NCBI GenBank assembly: GCA_041651295.1
Contig: JBAZJN010000001.1
Location: forward strand, 83,662-147,661
DNA length: 64,000 bases
From: Patescibacteria group bacterium
GTDB lineage: Bacteria > Patescibacteriota > UBA1384 > XYA2-FULL-43-10 > CAINNR01
Direction of reading: 5' to 3'
Part shown: positions 62,030 through 64,000 of the stretch, in pieces
Layout of the letters: each line of letters opens with the position of its first letter
Position numbering within the stretch: position 1 is the stretch's first letter
The notes under the pieces: model-generated
What the model was told of the DNA's origin: nothing
Databases searched by the model: none
The model's input: only the letters and a program-made list of their open reading frames with translations
Made by a program: the position numbers and the translations under genes

Positions 62030-63560
62030 AAAATTTATTTAGAACCAGATAAATCGCAATCAGGACGAGAACAATTCCGGCAATGATGGCGCGAACAGTG
62101 ATGTTGTAAGGATTTTCGATCAGTGCCGAAGCCAGAACCGACAGAACCACTGCTAAAAACACTTCTTCGTCGGCAGTTCTGGTCAAAAGATTAACTAATA
62201 TCGCTCCGGCAAGCGCACCGGCAAGATAAACCGGCCCCAACGTCACCCCAGTTACAAGAACGATCAGCACCACAGCTGACACTTTGAGCAGGTTATTTTT
62301 GAACACCTCCAAATTTGAGAGATACGTCAGAGTTCCACCAAGAATTAAACCGGCAATAATTTTCTGATTTCCTAAATCAAGACTGTACTTTTTCATTTGA
62401 GCAACGAAATAAGTTAAAAATCCAAGCGCCAAAAGCGAAACTAAGGTGGCAACAAAACTTCCTGTTCTAATCTCTGGAACCCTTTCGGCAGTTAAAACCG
62501 ACGGTGCTTCGCTCAGTTCGGCAGTTAAAGCGATGGTTTCAGCATTTTTCATAATCCCGGAATAACTGGCGAAAATGGCTGCAATTACGGCTGATGCCGA
62601 AAATCCGACCAGCAAAAAGACCATACCAACCGTTCCGAAGAAATAATTAGAAGCTAAAAGCAGAAGCCCGACCGATATTGCCGGGATGATTTTGTTGACC
62701 TTATGAAAAGTTAAATTGAGAATGCTAAAAACATATCCGATTGCCAAAGAGGCGGAAACCAATATCAGATTATAGCTTACACCGAAGAAATGCTTCTGAA
62801 CAGAATAATAGAAAACCACCAACAAAAAGAGCGTAAATAAGCAAAGCCCGTAAAATATTGCCGAGCTCTTGATAAATTTTTTGGCTAAAACCGATGTCAG
62901 TACGGCAGAAAGCGCGGCAAAAACAATTGTGGTTGCAGAAATTCCGGCTGCGAACAGCTTATAGTTGGCGGCATTTTGTAAATAACTACCAAAAACGGCG
63001 AAAGACAGAGATATGGTCGCAACAACCAAAAGCGCGTATTTGGACTTGCCGCGCGGCCAAAATATCGAAGTGATTATTAAAGCCAAAACCAGTGAAAGCA
63101 GCGTCGCCGTGGTCGAGAAGAGATATTGGATGCCAAGGCCAAAGACGATCGCGACAGCTGTTATTAATATTGATCTAAAAACACTTGCAGAGTAGATAGA
63201 CCGGAAAACTGTTTTTTGCCCGCTTCGAGAGAGCTCCACTGCCCGAGCTCCGGAATTAACCGCAAGATTAGTCTGATAATAATCGAGAAGTGGAAAAATT
63301 ACGGCTGCAGCCAGGAAAACCGCCGCGCTCTGCCAGCCGAGAGCATAGAGGATCGCGACTAATAGTACAACTGCAACCATTGAATAGTTCTTGAGAGCCA
63401 GTTTATAATCCGATCTCGTTTCCTTCAAAACAGCTTTGTGGGCGTCGGAGATCTTTTTTGAGCTGGTTTTTACCTGCCTTTGCCGCAGAGAAAATATTAG
63501 AGAAATGATGATAGCCAGAGCCGAGATGGAGAAAATTCCATAGAGGACAAGCTTTTCCAT
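62010..63560 (-). CDS. polytopic membrane protein (about 14 TM helices), unknown function
   Basis: 516 aa, hydrophobic throughout; no transporter signature I can name. Confidence 0.65.
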   Translation of the reverse strand: MEKLVLYGIFSISALAIIISLIFSLRQRQVKTSSKKISDAHKAVLKETRSDYKLALKNYSMVAVVLLVAILYALGWQSAAVFLAAAVIFPLLDYYQTNLAVNSGARAVELSRSGQKTVFRSIYSASVFRSILITAVAIVFGLGIQYLFSTTATLLSLVLALIITSIFWPRGKSKYALLVVATISLSFAVFGSYLQNAANYKLFAAGISATTIVFAALSAVLTSVLAKKFIKSSAIFYGLCLFTLFLLVVFYYSVQKHFFGVSYNLILVSASLAIGYVFSILNLTFHKVNKIIPAISVGLLLLASNYFFGTVGMVFLLVGFSASAVIAAIFASYSGIMKNAETIALTAELSEAPSVLTAERVPEIRTGSFVATLVSLLALGFLTYFVAQMKKYSLDLGNQKIIAGLILGGTLTYLSNLEVFKNNLLKVSAVVLIVLVTGVTLGPVYLAGALAGAILVNLLTRTADEEVFLAVVLSVLASALIENPYNITVRAIIAGIVLVLIAIYLVLNKFYGRKTV

Positions 63561-63660
63561 AGAATCCTTTCGTTATTACTTTATCTAAAGCTAGGCTAGC
63601 AGAAAAAAACAAGCTCAGCAATAGGCGTTTCAGGCTTCAGAACGAAATCTGATTTTATCA

Positions 63661-63689
63661 TTGACAAACAAGCTCAAGTGTGCTAGTAT
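63661..63689 (+). promoter_or_regulatory. promoter of cassette M
   Basis: TTGACA-17-TAGTAT. Confidence 0.5.
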
Positions 63690-63782
63690 AAATCGTTACG
63701 TCGTAGGACATTTGGCATGATTCACGCTTTGCCATATTGAGCGGTGGTGCGTGCCAGCCAATACACCAAGGAGATAACCCGG

Positions 63783-63926
63783 ATGACCAAGACATCGACG
63801 TTAAGGGTCGGCCAGTTCGTGCTGGCCGAAATCATGGAAGGCTTTCCGGTCGACGTTTACGAGGGCGAGACACTCGTGATCGCCGAACCAGTCGCCAGCC
63901 GCTTGCTGAACCGCCTTCGCCTGTAG
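63783..63926 (+). CDS. orphan GC-rich small protein, 47 aa (cassette M)
   Basis: AAGGAG SD 9 nt before ATG 63783; MTKTSTLRVGQFVLAEIMEGFPVDVYEGETLVIAEPVASRLLNRLRL. Confidence 0.45.
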   Translation: MTKTSTLRVGQFVLAEIMEGFPVDVYEGETLVIAEPVASRLLNRLRL

Positions 63927-64000
63927 TTCACGCCAGAAGTCAGTCTGTCTCTCCTCCCATGAGCGAGAGGCATACAACTTCCGGAAATGCCGCGAATCTT

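Noticed and set aside
62010-63560. Membrane protein as an H+-translocating pyrophosphatase
   Set aside because: Its length (516 aa) and its lack of the acidic DxxxD/GDNVGD-type motifs argue against this, so it is kept as unknown polytopic membrane protein.

Overview
AT-rich, gene-dense bacterial chromosome segment (standard genetic code, most genes on the minus strand). It is dominated by core genes: a partial P-type ATPase, rpoD, dnaG, ppsA, recX, recA, ftsK, RNase J, family-4 UDG, pnp, rpsO, an NrnA-like DHH protein, rpsT, lepB, holA, a split and minimal polA (a polymerase-only gene plus a separate 5'-3' exonuclease gene), CapA, DedA, tmk, a thyA-like gene, an ankyrin protein, Fic, ychF, rpsF-ssb-rpsR-efp, groES/groEL and VanW, plus one tRNA-Ser(GGA). 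Gene content and repeat types suggest a small-genome uncultivated lineage (Patescibacteria/CPR-like); this is inference only. The most unusual feature is that at least 14 intergenic gaps hold short blocks that are GC-rich by eye (not computed). Each block is a self-contained expression unit: a near-consensus sigma70 promoter, a GGAGG-type SD, one to three orphan ORFs (or no ORF at all), and a GC-stem/T-run terminator. Most of these blocks run antisense to the flanking housekeeping operons. The orphan proteins share no motifs with each other or with families I recognise. Several are tiny hydrophobic peptides, and two units look non-coding. The window also carries several families of nested-palindromic MITE-like repeats. 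Some of these contribute in-frame coding sequence (ychF, DedA, a surface protein, ppsA, the 5'-3' exonuclease), and one pair brackets a GC-rich block. Other notable features: a small TIR-bounded GIY-YIG element splits a MazG-like gene, a GC-rich thyA-like/tmk operon has a structured leader, and a class II Fic gene has tandem palindromic operators. No CRISPR array, rRNA or clear prophage was seen. All coordinates of small ORFs, promoters, terminators and repeats were derived by hand from the sequence and are approximate to a few bases.
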